DNA from: Daphnia carinata
Lineage: Eukaryota
Direction: 5' to 3'
Length of the DNA: 64,000 nucleotides
Assembly (NCBI RefSeq): GCF_022539665.2
Contig: NC_081334.1
Coordinates: 1,550,001 to 1,614,000, forward strand
Shown piece after piece: positions 41,053-53,671 of the stretch (positions within the stretch are counted from its first letter, which is position 1; each line of letters begins with the position of its first letter). The position numbers and the translations under genes are program-made. The notes below the pieces were generated by a model that saw nothing but the letters and a program-made list of their open reading frames with translations, ran no database searches and was not told the origin of the DNA.

Positions 41053-44000
41053 ATGTCTTCTAAAACACAACCAGTTATTACTTGTAGGTCAACTTCTACT
41101 TGAACAATTGCATATCCAAAATTATGTTAATTTAAAAATTAAAAGATTCTGGAGATACCCAACTCTTCAGTACATTGGAATCTGCAGTGGTACAAGGTCT
41201 ACCTCAAGAGACAGTTGAATGGAAAAGATCTTATGGGCGCCCACCAAGAGCAGTCACTTTAAGTGCTTCTTTCCAGCCCTTTAGACCTGAAAATGATGGA
41301 TTCAAAGAACAGTCAAAAGGTTTTAAAAAACTATCAGGAGCTGAGGTACTCCATACATATTGGGTTGAATGTCCAGTAAGTACAAAACAATGGCACTGGA
41401 AATTCTTTTGACTACTCACATTTTGCCTCATCTTACAGGATGTTGATACTTACAAAGCCAATGTTCGAGAAAGCATTCAAACTTGGTTCACTCAGATAAA
41501 ACAAGTGGAATATTCAGACTGGCTAATAATCCTTGTAGAGAACTCTGATTCTAAGAAAAGTAAACAAATTCTTCCTCGAACAACAGTGCTAGACAAAGTT
41601 AAAAATGACTTTGGAGGGAAAACAACAGAAAGGTAGTCGGTAACGTAGTATTTGGCGTTACACTCGTTTTATTTCGATATTATTTATTCAGGTGTATAGC
41701 GGTCATAGATCCAGTGAAGGGGGAAACCAAGTCATCAGAATCTTGGCAAACTTTTCTCTTCAGACTCAGGCAAGCGCTGATGGCAGCATTTAGTCGGACG
41801 CTGACCAAGTTTGAAGAGACGGTGCGTACTCAGCGAGAACGACGAAACGAGTTAAACTGGAACTTTTGTAACTATTTTTTGCTTCAGGTATGAAACAGAA
41901 GCTCAGGAAATAACTGCCTTGTACTCAAATAATATTTTTTAAAACCAATAATTAGGAAGAGCTTGCATTTGCATTTGAAATGTTGGGGTTATACGACGAA
42001 GCTTTAGTGCAGTATGATGAACTGGACGCTCTCTTCACGCAGTTTGTTCTAAACTCTGCTGTTGGTGGTTAGTTTTATTGATTTAAATTAGGCTCTGCCA
42101 AGTCTTAGCGTTTGTTCGTTACGGCCTGTATAGATGCACCGGGCTGGCTTTTGGCCTTTCAAGCAACTCCCAACAATTGGTCCGGTGTATGTCTCAATCC
42201 GAAAACCCCTTTCAATATGGAATTACGTCAAAAGATACAAAACCACACAATGTCTGTTATCGACTTTCGCAATTATTTGTTTGCTAGGCAGTCAGCCCTT
42301 TTACTTATTTCTTCCAAACCAGCTGAGGTATTTCATCTTCGTTTGCCTGAATTCTACCACATCTAACATCCGGTTACGGTTTCAGGTTGCTCGGCGGTGT
42401 TTGTCATATGTTCAAAGTTACATGTACGAACTGAAATTACTCAATGTCAGCACGGTCGATGGTGCAATTCCAACATGGATTCTACTGACCTGCCTTCAAG
42501 TTTTATCGACTTGCCAATCTCATGTGGGGTCATCTGGCAACCAGTCTATGGAGTCTTTTGCACTACTATGGAATATGGCTAAGGATAAGCTATATGAATT
42601 GGGGCGCAAGTGTGGTCTGCTTCCCGGTGCGTCTGTTGGAAGTGCCGAGTTGCACTGTGTTGTTACCCTTTCATCGGGTATCACGGACTATGGGGATGAA
42701 TCGGCTGTCCGCCCCACGCCTGTCGACAAGCTTAAAGAGGCTCTTTCCTCTAGCCAGGCATTTACAAGACACTACTTGGTAAACATTTTTATATGGGATA
42801 ATCCATAGAAACCTAAATGGAATTTATAACTGTCATCATTTTCAGGAACTGAGTGAACTGGCGATGGGAACCTTTAAGCATTGTGGTCGTCTGCGATCCG
42901 CTCGCTTGATTGGCCGAGACCTGTCGCGTTTCTACCTTCAACTCGGTCAGCCTCAAAAGTCGGTCAGTTTCTTGCTCGATTTGCTTCGGGGCTACCAAGA
43001 GGAGGATTGGCCTCTATTGAGAATCGACACCCATATTGAGCTTGCTGAAGTCTTTCAGAAAATCGGCGATAAAGTCAGGTAATTAGTAAACTATAGGCTG
43101 CGTTAAGTAGCTACGGTATAATTAATCTGCCAAATGTCACAGATTCATTGAAGCGTCTGCTAATATCGCAGCCTACCCAGCATTGAATGCTGAAACTCGT
43201 ATGAAGTATTTCAACTATTTACTTAAATCTGCTCAAGGTACTAATTATTTTTCAGCATTCGTTGTTTCCATTAGCTATAAATTTTCGTTGTTTTCATAGA
43301 TGAGTTCCGGTCCATCAATTGCTCTTCCATGATGGATTTGGTCGATATACGCATTCACTTCGATACAAGCCTGGAGGAACCTTGCTCGGTTTTATGCGAC
43401 TCAATAGTACGTGCCGAAGTGGAAGTGGTTAACCATTTCCCTGGCCCTGTAAAATGCAATGAAATTACCGTAACAGTCAAAGCGGTTAAGAATGCTAATG
43501 ACGACAGCAAGCAATCAAAAGCTGCTGGGAAAAAATCTGCGGCGGAAAAGTCACTTGACACAAAGGGGATCGAAAAGTTGGGTGTTTCTGCTTTAGCCAC
43601 GAAGGCAAACACTTCGTCATCGGATTTTATTCCGATTAAGGAACAACTTCATCTTAAGCAAGATGGCAGTCTAAGTTCGGTTGCACTTGTGTGCCCAAGT
43701 GCCCAACAGCTCCTGGGGTAAAATTTTTTTTATATATTTTTTTTAATCGGTTCTCGTACTCGAAGTCTAATTCGATTAATTCCTAGACGTAAGGTGAGCC
43801 ATGGGCTTTTACCAACCGAACTTTCAGTCATCAAGGAAGAATACACGCACAAACTGAGTGTTCAGGATGTCAATATTGTGCCCGGTGTCAACCGATTGAC
43901 CCTGCAAATGAAGGTGACATAGGACTCAAACAGTTGGCATTGGGTCAAATAATTACGTACTCTTTAATAGGCTGATCATGCTGGCACCTATGTTCTTAGT

Positions 44001-45724
44001 CAATTTGTGGCTTGCAGTCAACGGTTAGAGTTCATTCAGAACGTGAGTTGCCCTAAAGTCAGTATTACCGTCGTTGAAGTGATGCCATCGGTCACGGCCG
44101 TCAAAACTCGGGATGATCTTCTTGCCGGAACCGATCAAGAGGTTGAACTAGTTGTTCGCACAGGCAGCACGGCATTCCAAAACGTATTTCAGCATTACTT
44201 AATACTGTTTTTTTAAAGTCATAATTCTAAATTATGCATTCAGGAGAAAACTCTTCGATTGTGTTCTTCAAGGGGGCTGATGATCAACCTGCCCAAAACG
44301 GATAGTCTTTTCCAGCGCGAACTTGATCTTGTTTTGCCTCCGATGGCCGCTTTTGAAACGGTTTCGTATCCGTTAAAAATTAGGGCAGACCTGGGTTTCA
44401 CCGCATCAAAAGATGCAACTTTTGTCGAACACAAGGTACCTTAAATTGTTAAATAGTGTTTCTAATTCGATGGCTAATTGGACTTGTCTGATTATTTAGC
44501 TGTCCGTGCATTGTCCGTGGCTTTCGAAAATTCCGCCTCTATTGGACTTACCATTGAACGTATACGCTCCTTTCACCGTTCAGTACAAACTCCATACCGC
44601 TTACACCAAAAAGTTTGTCAATATCCACGTCCAAGGTAACCATGGCACTAACAAATTGAAGTAAATTAGATTAACAAATCAATTACCGTTTCGTGATAGG
44701 ATTGACTCCATCAAGCCGGGCCTTCGAGTTTCAAAACCCGAATGTACTTTTGCCTGATACAACGTATAAAAATCCCGCTCTCTCCAAGTTGGAATGGAGG
44801 AATCTCAATAGCAGCTCTCAAACACTAGTATACCCTCGGCGTCTTTGATAATTTATGGAAAATACGATTTAACAAAATGAATTTCTACGTACAGAAAATA
44901 TCTCAGGACCAGCCGGCGAATTACTTGTGGGAGTTGTGCGGTGCTCCTGCACAGTATGATATGCCATTATTGAAGGCGGAGTTCTCGGTTGATTACCGTC
45001 TCGTTGGCACCTCAGATTGGAAAAGGTTTTCCTTCAACTTTGACATTGCCGACTATGCTGTAAGACTAGCCTCTGCAAATAGTTATTACGTTTGTGATTC
45101 ATTCGATTTTATATGCTTGATTTAGACCTTATTTACGGTACGTTCGCGTGTTGATCCAGTAAAGGGAAATGATTTCCTGAGGGCTGGTTCTCTCTGCCAC
45201 ATGACATTGACAGTAAGTGATGTGTTACAACAGACTTCATCGACAGCAGCATTGATGTACGAAGTGCTAGCGGATCAAGCTTTGTGGGCAGTCTGTGGGC
45301 GGACTGCAGGTATACGACTAGTTAACATTCGAGTTAGCTATGAAATCCCATCTCTGTAACCATATTTGATTTCGATAGGTGTCTTTTCCATGGAAGGATC
45401 ATCAAAACATTCCGTGACGCTAGATGTGATGCCACTCGTTTGCGGCTTCCTACCTCTTCCGGCTGTTAGACTGTCAAGATACATTCCGGCCGAGCAGAAA
45501 CCCAAAGGTATGAAATAAAGTTGCTTGTCACTTTGTATTTTGTTTTGCACATTGTGGACTTCTTAGAAACCAACCGGAAGGTTGACTTAGCCGCCGCTAC
45601 GCTGCCTCGTCTAGAGCCATTCAGCGCTGGGCAAGTTTATAACTGGAGTAAGGCTCAACAAGTTCATGTACTAGCGGCACCTTCTAATAATGGTCCGACG
45701 AGCCTTGATAATTCTACATCTTGA
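41053..45724 (+). CDS. TRAPPC10: Trafficking protein particle complex subunit 10, multi-exon
   Basis: VEWKRSYGRPPR, WNFCNYFLLQEELAFAFEMLGLYDEALVQYDELDALF, ELAMGTFKHCGRLRSARLIG and C-terminal GQVYNWSKAQQVHVL. The start is 41044 or 41053. Confidence 0.93.
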
Positions 45725-45973
45725 ATGCGATTTTCTGCTGTTATTGAGACGTCAAGTCCCAAGTCATTTTGGGTATCTGTATGCATTACATCAATTAAGT
45801 GTAAAATACAAAATTTATTAGTAAACATGTAGCATAACTAGGTTTCCAAGCAAAATTATTAGAAAATTTTGTTGTGCTATGTTATATATTCCAAGGTTGT
45901 AATCAAATTATACAAATGAATGATGGGATCCCATTGTATTGAGTAGCCTTTCTTATTACCAACACAAATAAAC

Positions 45974-46811
45974 TTATTTGGCAGGCGCAGAAGTCTTGCT
46001 AGCTCCAACAGTGGGTTTGCCTCCAGTGCGGGCTTGGTAGGCAATCTTCCTGGGTCCTTCACGGAATCCATTGCTAGAAAATTTAGAATAGTGTTAGCAG
46101 TGGCAAACTTGCATTTTGATCTATCTTGTCGTAAAGGCTACTATCAAACACTGGTCATAAGTGACTCAAGGGTTAGCGAAACCTCTCATTTACTTTAGCA
46201 CATTTAAAATAAATATCACAGCCAAAAGTAAACTTGACAGTGATATGAGAATGTGCAATCTGACTTATCAACCAAAATTGATTCTTACCGGAACTTGATC
46301 CGGACGATCTTAAGATGACGCATACGGCCGGTACCAGTAGTCTTCCTCCTCTTAGCCTTAACGGACCAGTTGTCTTAAGGAACGGAGAGGAACATTAGAA
46401 ACGTACAAGCTGAATAGTAAAAATGTTGATAACTTACAGTGGCGAAGGCGCTTGGCAGGGTAGCCGCATTGCGCACATCTTGATTTTTGGATGTGATACG
46501 AGGAACGGCCACAACGTCTGCACAACGTGTGGGTCTTGTTATGCCTCTTTCCGAAGCTTGACGTACCCTTCGTCTATAGTACAATAGTGAACAAGAAAAG
46601 ATTTAGTCGGGAACGGCCATAACACAAGTCAGTTCTGTCTGTCAAATTTTTGGGGAAGAAAATTTCAACTGTTGGCAATTCACAGTCGGTTGTTGATTCC
46701 CAAATGGCTCAACACACATCACAACAAACTAAAGCTTAAAACAGAATACGAATAGAACAAAGTTTCTAATGGATGAAGAGTGATAAAAGAATTAAACTCG
46801 GAACCAACCAT
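45974..46811 (-). CDS. RpL37: 60S ribosomal protein L37, 4 coding exons
   Basis: ATG-only first coding exon, then [60 protein letters not shown] and NGFREG...APAK*. Confidence 0.97.
46124..46258 (-). ncRNA. Intronic box H/ACA snoRNA candidate in RpL37 intron 3
   Basis: Hairpin 1 (GCACATT/AATGTGC base stem, ATATCAC/GTGATAT upper stem), H box AAAGTA, hairpin 2 (AGAGGTT/AGCCTTT base, GTCA/TGAC top) and ACA three nt from the end. About 135 nt, sense to the host, in an intron ~3x the usual length. Confidence 0.75.
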
Positions 46812-48775
46812 GATGAGACGGTCTCAAGCAGCTAAGTGGACGACGATAGGCAAAGCTGAAAATAAAGGTAAAGACTGTAAACGGAGAGAACAGGCTTCAA
46901 CTACGGGCAAGAAGCACTATGGAAATGCCATATCTCTGTAAAAATTCCTGATGCGCAAAGAAAATTTCGGTTTAATAGTTTTCTCGAAGTTATTTATTGC
47001 AAACTATAACAATTCATACAAAACATTAGTAAATTGGACTGAAAAATAAAAACGCAAAGTAAGGGAATGAAACTAAACTAGAATAGTCGCTTTATGCTAA
47101 TAGTAAATTTTGTCTCGTCGGCTTCAAACCCCCCAAAAAAATATGAACCACTGTTTAAGTCGGTTTCGCAGTAATAGGAATATTTTGTAATTATGATAGA
47201 CAATTCGCCAGGAGCTATTTTATAAAAAATAAACTTCGAGCCTTGTAGTGTCTCCATTTTTATCTTTAGCAAGTTGCTTTTCTGCTGTATTATCTGAAAT
47301 CTTAATCAGGTAAATGGTAGCAAGAAAGAGAATTAACGCTACCAATTATACTTGTGAATTATAATTTCAGTTGCAAGAATGGAAATACTTGCTATGGTTT
47401 GGTGGCTTTCCCGCTTCTGGCACCTAGCGGCCAGCTTATGAACTGGCAGCCATTATCGGCTGGACGGGACAAGTGTCTGCTGCCAATGTTGACCAAAGGC
47501 ATTGATGTAGTTTGACTAGAAAGTAAGATGAAATTTTTAAAACATATAACTGAGGATTTCGAAGTATGTAGTCGAGCTGTTAATTGGCTCCCCGCTTTCT
47601 TGCAAATGTCAGATGTGTAGATGTAAATTTGAATTGCAAGATGAGAAAGCAGTTCTCAAAGGGCAAAACGATGACGTTACCGGTAAACCTGAAGTCATGG
47701 TAGGAGCTTTAACCGGCATTGGGGACGATGTCTTGTTAATAAACTAGACCAAGCCGGATTCTGATATAAGAAAGTACTTGTTCTATTTTGACTATAAAGG
47801 AAATTTGCATGGGAATTGCGTAATCTTGCTAACTTATTGTCACATTACCCCGCGTGCTCTCAGGGTCATAATGGTGTTTCATAGAGTTAATTTTTCTGTG
47901 CGGGTCACCAAGAACGTTACAGTTACTTTACATCCAGCATGGCGACTGATGAACTTTGCCACGTTAACAACTGGATTTTGACCAGAATAGATAAAAGACA
48001 TTGACCAATGAATGACTATGGATGGCAAAAAAAGTACCGGTTAGCGATATCGTGCCATATTGAAACTTGAGAGCACACTTCACATTCTATCGTCACATTT
48101 TATCCGAGAGATCCAAAAGTCAGCACGATTGCTTAACATCGCCCTATGGTGGCGAAACTGCACAGTCCCAAAGTCATTTTCATTTTGAGAAAGAGAATTT
48201 TTTCATGACTGGTATGATGTAGCCCAAAATTGAGCTCTACTAGCCATAATGCAAAATTAATTGTGACTACTGATTTGCGGTGAAAGAAAATTACATACGA
48301 AGGAGGATGATAGTACCTTATTTTGTTATTTTCTGCAATGTCAAAATTGTGGCCTGTTTCCGTTTTTTGCTTTTTGTTTTCTTGTTTTCTTTTTGCTGCT
48401 TTCAATTCAAAATGGCCGGTTGTCGTGACGCACAGTGCACTCTATTGGTTGCCTACATGAACTGAAACCCCGCCCCTTTCCTTCCAGAGTTGTCTTCACA
48501 TCCCAATGCCCACCCCCTGGTCACCTCAAATCCACCCCAACCAAAATGCTGATCAAGGCTTCGTCACTCGTGACGAGCTCAGTCTAACCGGCGATCGGCC
48601 CAGCGAGTAGACACGTCCTGCACCGCCTTTCAAACCCTTCGTTACCAGCACTTTTTTTTAAACCACCGTCACTGAACTTTTTGAGGGGAAAACAACTCAG
48701 TGAACAGAGAAAATTGCAGAGAAGTTTTAATTTTTATTGATCTGTCATTCGGAGCCCATTCTCTTTGCTACCCAT

Positions 48776-51700
48776 ATGGAGAAGGATAACAAAGAGGACC
48801 ATCAAGAGCATTATTTCGAAGGCGTGGAGAAGCTTTTGGAAGTCTGGTTCACCCGGAAAGATGGCGCTATCCAACATTGCGATCTGCGCAAAGTTCCCAG
48901 GTTAGTCAAGTGTTTTTCTTTACTTTTCTTCTTCTTGCTCGCTCGGAAGCTAAGCAAACTAGCCTTTCGTGCCAGAGTGGGAATGCTATGAATAGCTAGG
49001 GTTGAGGCTATACGGAAGACGAGCAGAATGCCAACACGTATTGAAAATGCTTGTTTTTCATTTCAATTTGTTTACCAACTGGCTGGACAAAAAAAAAAGA
49101 AATTTTTGGCTATTGGCAAAAATAGGCACGCTTTGCATTTTTTGATTTTATTGGGTATGTTTTTGAATTCACCCTACGGTCTTTTGTCGACCATTCTTTT
49201 CCGGTTGGCGACCTCGTTGAAATGTCTCACCAATCAGCAACAGTTTAAAGGTCTGCGTCAGACGGTTTCTTTTTCGTCTGTTGCCATGGCTTTTGTCCAT
49301 TTTTCTTTCTAGAAGCCGATCGAATATCCTATCCCCTCCCCCGTTTCCCTAACGTCACATAAAATAGTCGATTACAAAGTAGTCTAGCCATCGAATAGCC
49401 AAGCCGCTCGAAGGTCCGACAATCGTACTGAAACACTGGGTTGGCTTAGCAATCACGTGCACAAATGGGTCGCCGGCTATGTTTCAGCATGGGAAAACAC
49501 GTGATTCTTTTGTTCAATTTTATTGTACATAATTTTTAAAAAATTAGGTTTTCCAACGTAAGGAAATTATTTCAATGTCGCGACCTTGATCCAGAGCTAA
49601 GACGTTTAACTTGTGTCTATATCAGTAATTTCCCCTAAATCTATCAAAAGGCAATCCCTTGGCCTGAATGTATTGCAGTTGTGCCACATTGTCCTTGAAA
49701 GTTCCCAGACTGCACAACCTTTTATGTTCGAAGATTCCGAGTTACTAAACAAAGGCCATTGCACTATTCATAGTGGGTTTTTTAAACTGTAAATTCCCAA
49801 TTGCATCACACACACGCACACAAAAAAATTATAAAAATGTTCAAACTTGAAGCCAAAATCAATGGTCGACCGAACCCAGGCGAGTCTGCGCACTGGGCTG
49901 CCTTCGTTGCATCTTGGCAAACCTCCCATATTTTGTAGGAAAAAAGGTGTAATCTAGTAGGGTTCAATAACGAGCACTGACGTCTCGTATTCGTTTTTTG
50001 GTTATTTTTTTATTATTTATTTACTTATTCTTTGGCAATCGTCCATATGTGGTAGATGCAGCCAATGTTTATTTAATAGTCCAATTTTGTATTGGAAATT
50101 AACGTGAACGTTCTGTAGCCAAAACAACGTGATGAATTACTGGTCTATAATCTTAACATGTAAATTCTGCCTGGTTAAATTCACGATTTCTGTATAATAT
50201 TGGATGTAACTGTTCTTATCGTGCTATTGGTGCTGATCCTGACTAGATAAGGAAGTTATCAGTTTGCATACAGGAAGTCGTTTGATTGCATATAATCCCG
50301 TCATATTAGTAATGTGTGTATTGATTGCTACAACAATGCTGACATGCTTTTGCGTCACTGATACAGTGGTTTTTGCCGGATGTCGATGACAAATGTCCTC
50401 TCTAATGAAGGAGAATTGTGTATATAAATAGCACTTTGGGAGAAATTTCAGTTTTTGGCAGGCCGTTTGCTCTTCAGCAGGGCGTGTCTAACCTTGGAGC
50501 TCTTGCTGACGCGATGTAAATAATAAAATTTCTTTTTTTCCAGGGAAAAATGGGTGAGCATGCTCAAGATTGTCCGTTGTGAGATCATCAGCATGACGCG
50601 TAACGATACCATCGACGCTTACGTTCTCAGGTAACACGAATTTTTAAAAACATTTTTAAATAATTTTTGACTGACATTTGTCTTGCAGCGAGAGCAGCAT
50701 GTTCGTTTCGAAACGTCGGATCATCTTGAAGACGTGTGGCACCACCACTCCTCTGCTCTGCCTGAAATCTCTGCTTTACCTCGTCCAACGTTACGCCGGT
50801 TACGACGAGGTTCAGGTATGATAACATAACCGGTATTATATTGGCGTAGCAATGACATCATACTACTTGGTTTCCAGGATTTGTTCTACTCGCGCAAGAA
50901 TTACAAGCGCCCAGAATTGCAACAAGAACCACACCGCACTTTCGCGGACGAGGCTGCCTTACTCGACGCCATGTTTCATGGTGAGTGGACCAATTATACA
51001 TTATCGTAACATGATTTGTTTTGATTAAAAAAAAGAGTAGGTTTCGAATTTCGAATCGTGCGAATCTAGGCATTTTTTCGTGTGGCTTGTTCAGCCAAGA
51101 GTATTGATCACACGCGTTAGTCCCAACCGCGTCGATTGTGCGTTTGCGCATGCAGATCCATAAACACAGCCATGCACCACTCCGTCCATACGTCAGCAAA
51201 CTGGGTCGTATCGACCTGATTCTAACACATAAGCTAAAAAAATTATTTTGAGATAAAAAAAAAAAAGGACTTAAATTAGGTAAGGAATTGGGAGTTTCAA
51301 ACAACGAAGTAGTTCAATTGTTTACGGATACTTCCATCGTAAACCAGGATGTTGGGTAGTTATTTCAACATAGTTTGCTTGTTTTCCAGCAAATATGGCA
51401 ATCGTGAAAGAACAAGGACCATTGACGTTTTTGGCATTCCCTCAACTTGTGCAACCAGATCAATACTAGAAAGAAACCAAGATATATGGTGTGATTGTCC
51501 TTAGGGGAACGAAACTGGGTCTGATTGAAGGATGTTTATTTATTTTTTTTTCTTGTTTCATGACTTCAATTGTTTATTTTATGCAGATGGCGCGGCCTAC
51601 TGTCTTGGAGCGGTGAATCGCGATTGCTGGTACTTGTATACACTAAACCCATACGCCTCTCCGGCTGGTCACTCGCTGAGTGCCCTGCTGGCCGGCGCCA

Positions 51701-52622
51701 CTGATGGCGACGACGGATTCGGAGCATCGGATGGCGAGGAGGGGACAGACGGAAGCAGCAGCGATGGCGGCTGCGATGGGATTGAAGACAGTGGCAGCGA
51801 TGGAGCCGATAGCAGCGATGATAGCTTGGATCTGCGTACCATGAACCTGTCTGGTCTTAACAAACGGAATGTCGCCCAGCGCTACTCAATCGGCATGGGA
51901 CGAGGACAAACCAACTCGTCGGAAGCCGATCAAACCCTCGAGATCATGATGAGTGATCTGGATCCGGAAGTGATGAAGATTTTTACCAAGCAGTTCTCGG
52001 CCAACGCAGCTGAAGCTACCCAGGTACGTTGACTACTTTTCAGTTTCAGAAAAAGGGAGAAAAAGAAATTAACTTTTTTATTTGGAAATCATTTTAGAAA
52101 TCTGGCATAGATAAAATTCTATCCAATGTAACCATTGACGATTATTTATTTGATCCTTGTGGTTATTCGATGAACGGTGTTCTTAAAAACGTAAGTTATT
52201 TTTCATACGTCTTTAGTTGAGCAGAGAGGTAATTGTTTACTGTTGTCGTTGATGACCTGACAGGGCGAATATATGACAATCCATATCACCCCGGAAGCTA
52301 AATTCTCCTACGTCAGTTTTGAGAGCAACATCCCGCAATCTTCTTACATGGATGTCATCACCCGTGTCCTCGAGACATTCCGTCCGGGCAAATTTATTGT
52401 CACTTCGTTTGCCAATAAGGTATTCTAAAGTTAAAAAACTTAAGTCTGTTTTCACTGTTTTAACAAGTTTTCCCATTCCTATAGGCGTCTGTGGTGGAGG
52501 ATACGCACAAAGATTTGTTGAACGCTGACATGTTGAGTGAATTTAAGCGTCGCGACATTCAATACTGCCATCTGAAGAACTACGACCTGACCTACGCTCT
52601 TTATTCTAAATTTCCCAGCTGA
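48776..52622 (+). CDS. AMD1: S-adenosylmethionine decarboxylase proenzyme, multi-exon
   Basis: [23 protein letters not shown] (pyruvoyl self-cleavage site), [31 protein letters not shown] and TIHITPE. Ends YSKFPS-TGA at 52620-52622. Confidence 0.97.
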
Positions 52623-52626
52623 GTTT

Positions 52627-52670
52627 GGCGGGAACCCAGGCATAAGTCTGGGTGCATCTCCCATATCGCC
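52627..52670 (+). promoter_or_regulatory. Stem-loop immediately 3' of the AMD1 UGA stop
   Basis: ACCCAGGC-ATAA-GTCTGGGT 8-bp stem (one G-U), extended by GGA/TCC and GGCG/CGCC. Confidence 0.6.
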
Positions 52671-53671
52671 TCGGAAAACCTTCTTCCCCCTTTCCTTTTC
52701 CCTTCCCCCTTTCTCAGCTTCTTTTTCCTTTTTGTTCTTCTCTCATCTTTGGCGTCACTCTCTTCTTTCAATGCTGTGTTGCTACGTACTACTTCTTCAC
52801 GTCGCGCGGCACGTTTCGGGGTGAATGGACGATTCCAGTTATTGTTCAACTCTACAGTGAAGACGCTCATCATGGTTCAGCATCAAGAGAAAGACCAACT
52901 GTATCGACTGGTTTTGCCGTCAGACTTGGTTCTCTTTTGCTGGTGGCGAACTAAGATCTCCTAGTGTCGACTCTCATTGCCATGTTAATCAAGTAGTGAT
53001 TTTTATAACAACAATTTCGGTGGTATAGATGTTATTATGATTATCTACATGAGTCGCATATGAGGGTGACTTGGCAGTGAACCGACCGATTATGTACGCA
53101 AAACCAACAGCCACTCTTCCACTTTTTAATGATGGCACAATCAGGTGGAAATGAATCGAAAGAGAAACCCAAACGCCAATATTTACGTCGTAGCGTCTTT
53201 TGCATACTTATTTCACCAGCTCTGTTTTTTTTTAATGATCCTCCCAACCTTAACCCTCCCTTATCTTCAAATGAAGAAAATCTTCCGAGGCGAAAACGGA
53301 AGATGCATTCGGATTGATTTTGTTGACGACTTGGCTCTTTGGTACACCCGATAAATATCTATTGGTGTTTTCATCGTAATCCCTTTTGATTTTGAAGTAA
53401 TGCAACTGTCGTAAAGAGAAATCATATTGGCCCTTTACAGTAGAAATGATTGTGGGTCATATATATTCTGTTCATGCTGTTACATTTCATGAAACTTTTT
53501 CCAATTCTAAGTTTTTTCTTTGCAAGGCATTTTTTTTTCCTATTTACCAATAATATCCAATACGAAGTTTAGGTTACTCTTGACATACTGTATGCAAAAT
53601 ATATACTGCATATTCAATAATAAAACAATACACTTACTTCATTCATAACCTTGTCATTTATTATTGGGAAA

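Noticed and set aside
46628..46722. C/D snoRNA in RpL37 intron 1
   Set aside because: The C box is imperfect (GTGATGT), with no clear terminal stem or recognisable guide.
50129..50242. C/D snoRNA in AMD1 intron 1 (GTGATGA...CTGA)
   Set aside because: No terminal stem or rRNA-complementary guide seen, and the boxes could occur by chance.
52620..52670. UGA as selenocysteine with a SECIS
   Set aside because: The hairpin lacks the AUGA..GA quartet and lies too close to the UGA.
52614..52825. Antizyme-like +1 frameshift at CCC AGC TGA G
   Set aside because: The P-site codon is AGC, not a known shift-prone UCC/CCC-type context, and the +1 frame closes near 52824 with no recognisable product. Readthrough fits better.
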